Of a DNA stretch of 64,000 nt, positions 62,746-64,000 are shown piece after piece. The DNA is taken from the NCBI GenBank assembly GCA_010909165.1, contig MU008209.1:186001-250000 (forward strand), written 5' to 3'. Source of the DNA: Anthoceros angustus. Lineage: Eukaryota; Plantae; Anthocerotophyta. The notes below the pieces were generated by a model. The model was not told where the DNA came from. It ran no database searches and was given only the letters and a program-made list of their open reading frames with translations. Made by a program: the position numbers and the translations under genes. Every line of letters begins with the position of its first letter. Position 1 is the first letter of the stretch.

Positions 62746-64000
62746 TCACTTCGCCCTTTCTTGAGGCCTTTCTCGCCTGCGAATCCTTGGAGGTGAGTCA
62801 TGAGACGCCTCATCTCCCTGGACACTGCGGTTGACATGGGCAGCTGAACTTGGAACCTCCAGCCCATCAAGCACACAGTTTTCATCCACCTTCCGGACCC
62901 CTGCTCGCATTGCAGCAGTTGCCATCGCAGATGCCACATGACTTGCTGGAAACGCAAAGAAACTAGAGCTCCCAAACAATTTTGATCCCACTTCATTTTC
63001 AAACTCCCCAGAAGATTCTCTCGAGACAGCTACAGCATTTCCTTTCCTGTCATTGCCCCTTATAGACCTTGTGAGAGAGCACGATGCTGGTAACTCCCCG
63101 ACTGGAGAGATGTAACCCGAAGCATCCTGCATGGATCTAGAGGAACTCCCCGATGACCCAAATGATGGAGATTTTCCAAATCCTCCAGAGAATGATTGCC
63201 CTCTGAAGGAAGGACTTGAAACTCCAGAGAATGATTGCCCTCTCAAGGAAGGACTTGAAACTCCGTCTGCACCGTTCTCTGACTTCTTCGCTTGAAAGGT
63301 GAAACCCATCTGCCCCGAGAGGTTCAAAGGTTTCAAGCTTGGGAGATGGTCATCGGTAACCTGCTCCTTCTCCTTGCTGTTCTCCAAGAGTGGCTTTTCA
63401 CTGCCCTGCCTCTTCAACTCTTTCCTGCTGAGATTCTTAGACATCCTCTCACTGTTGGACCTCCTGCTTCTGGGCTGAGGGGTTACGAGCAGAAGGCGGG
63501 ACATGACATAAGCGAGCAGCTCCTCCCTGTGTGAGAAGGTGAAGTCCAGGTGTGCATACTCAAACTCCTCGTAAGAGGCCTGAACCCCACTTGCCTTCAA
63601 GGTGTGGTAGTGTTTCATGACCATGGACTTCGGAATCAGGCGGTCCTTCCTCCCTGCTACAACATCAACAGGGATATCTATCACACCATAGTTTGCACCA
63701 ATATCCAAAGGGTAGGGAGTGCCGTATGCCTCCATATTCGCAGCATCACTCCCAAAATCATACATGATAAACCGCTTGGTGCGCATCATCTGTGCCAGAT
63801 GGAGGGTCACATTGTAGGCTACACCTGGCATATCATCCATGTTGTAGTGAGACAGTCCAATTGCACCCACCCAATTTGAGCTATCACCTCCGACAAAGTA
63901 ACTCACAAAAATCTGCACCAATCCTCCTAATGCTGGATAATTCTGAAAATCTCTAGCTAGCTTGTTGAAAAGCATTCGGAAAAACTTGGTCGGGATATAA
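62746..64000 (-). CDS. 3' exon of an abhydrolase-associated lipase (At1g18460/At1g73920-like), truncated by window end
   Basis: LARDFQNYPALGGLVQ, HYNMDDMPGV, HLAQM, MYDFGS..ANMEAYG, IDIPVDVVAGRKDRLI, EYAHLDFTFSHREE, followed by a long Ser-rich tail with a 14-aa duplication. Confidence 0.9.
   Translation of the reverse strand, partial: YIPTKFFRMLFNKLARDFQNYPALGGLVQIFVSYFVGGDSSNWVGAIGLSHYNMDDMPGVAYNVTLHLAQMMRTKRFIMYDFGSDAANMEAYGTPYPLDIGANYGVIDIPVDVVAGRKDRLIPKSMVMKHYHTLKASGVQASYEEFEYAHLDFTFSHREELLAYVMSRLLLVTPQPRSRRSNSERMSKNLSRKELKRQGSEKPLLENSKEKEQVTDDHLPSLKPLNLSGQMGFTFQAKKSENGADGVSSPSLRGQSFSGVSSPSFRGQSFSGGFGKSPSFGSSGSSSRSMQDASGYISPVGELPASCSLTRSIRGNDRKGNAVAVSRESSGEFENEVGSKLFGSSSFFAFPASHVASAMATAAMRAGVRKVDENCVLDGLEVPSSAAHVNRSVQGDEASHDSPPRIRRRERPQERAK

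Noticed and set aside
1-64000. Prokaryotic systems (operons, defence islands, tRNA/rRNA genes)
   Set aside because: Spliceosomal introns and plant gene families throughout; no RNA gene recognised by eye, and tRNAscan/Infernal were not run.

Overview
Eukaryotic nuclear DNA from a compact land-plant genome. Short (about 70-150 bp) GT-AG introns, roughly one gene per 3-4 kb and the gene content suggest a non-seed plant such as a hornwort or Selaginella-like lycophyte (inference). All family assignments come from motif recognition by eye; no searches were run. The first 43 kb is gene-rich: an aspartic-protease remnant, an At5g66230-like D-box protein, plastid FabZ, an intronless secreted GH105 hydrolase of bacterial/fungal type, a purine permease, a UvrD/PcrA/Srs2-type helicase, an acyl-ACP thioesterase, a GT31 galactosyltransferase, two paralogous Yippee-like Zn-binding genes, a thylakoid Tat-type protein, a dead PIF/Harbinger transposon and a SABATH methyltransferase. 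A decayed CRE-like non-LTR element follows at 44-46 kb. The 46-62 kb region holds GEX1 and a divergent secreted lipase, both chopped by five successive 1.5-2.2 kb tandem duplications that look like assembly stutter. The window ends in the 3' exon of a second lipase. Best novelty candidates: (1) two unannotated-looking 82-84 aa small ORFs (19.2 kb and 30.2 kb) sharing a conserved C-terminal 19-mer that ends in PTS1-like PRL/PRM, with a synonymous-change pattern indicating selection; (2) the GH105 HGT candidate; (3) a GEX1 C-terminal tail with nine TP[R/K] repeats.
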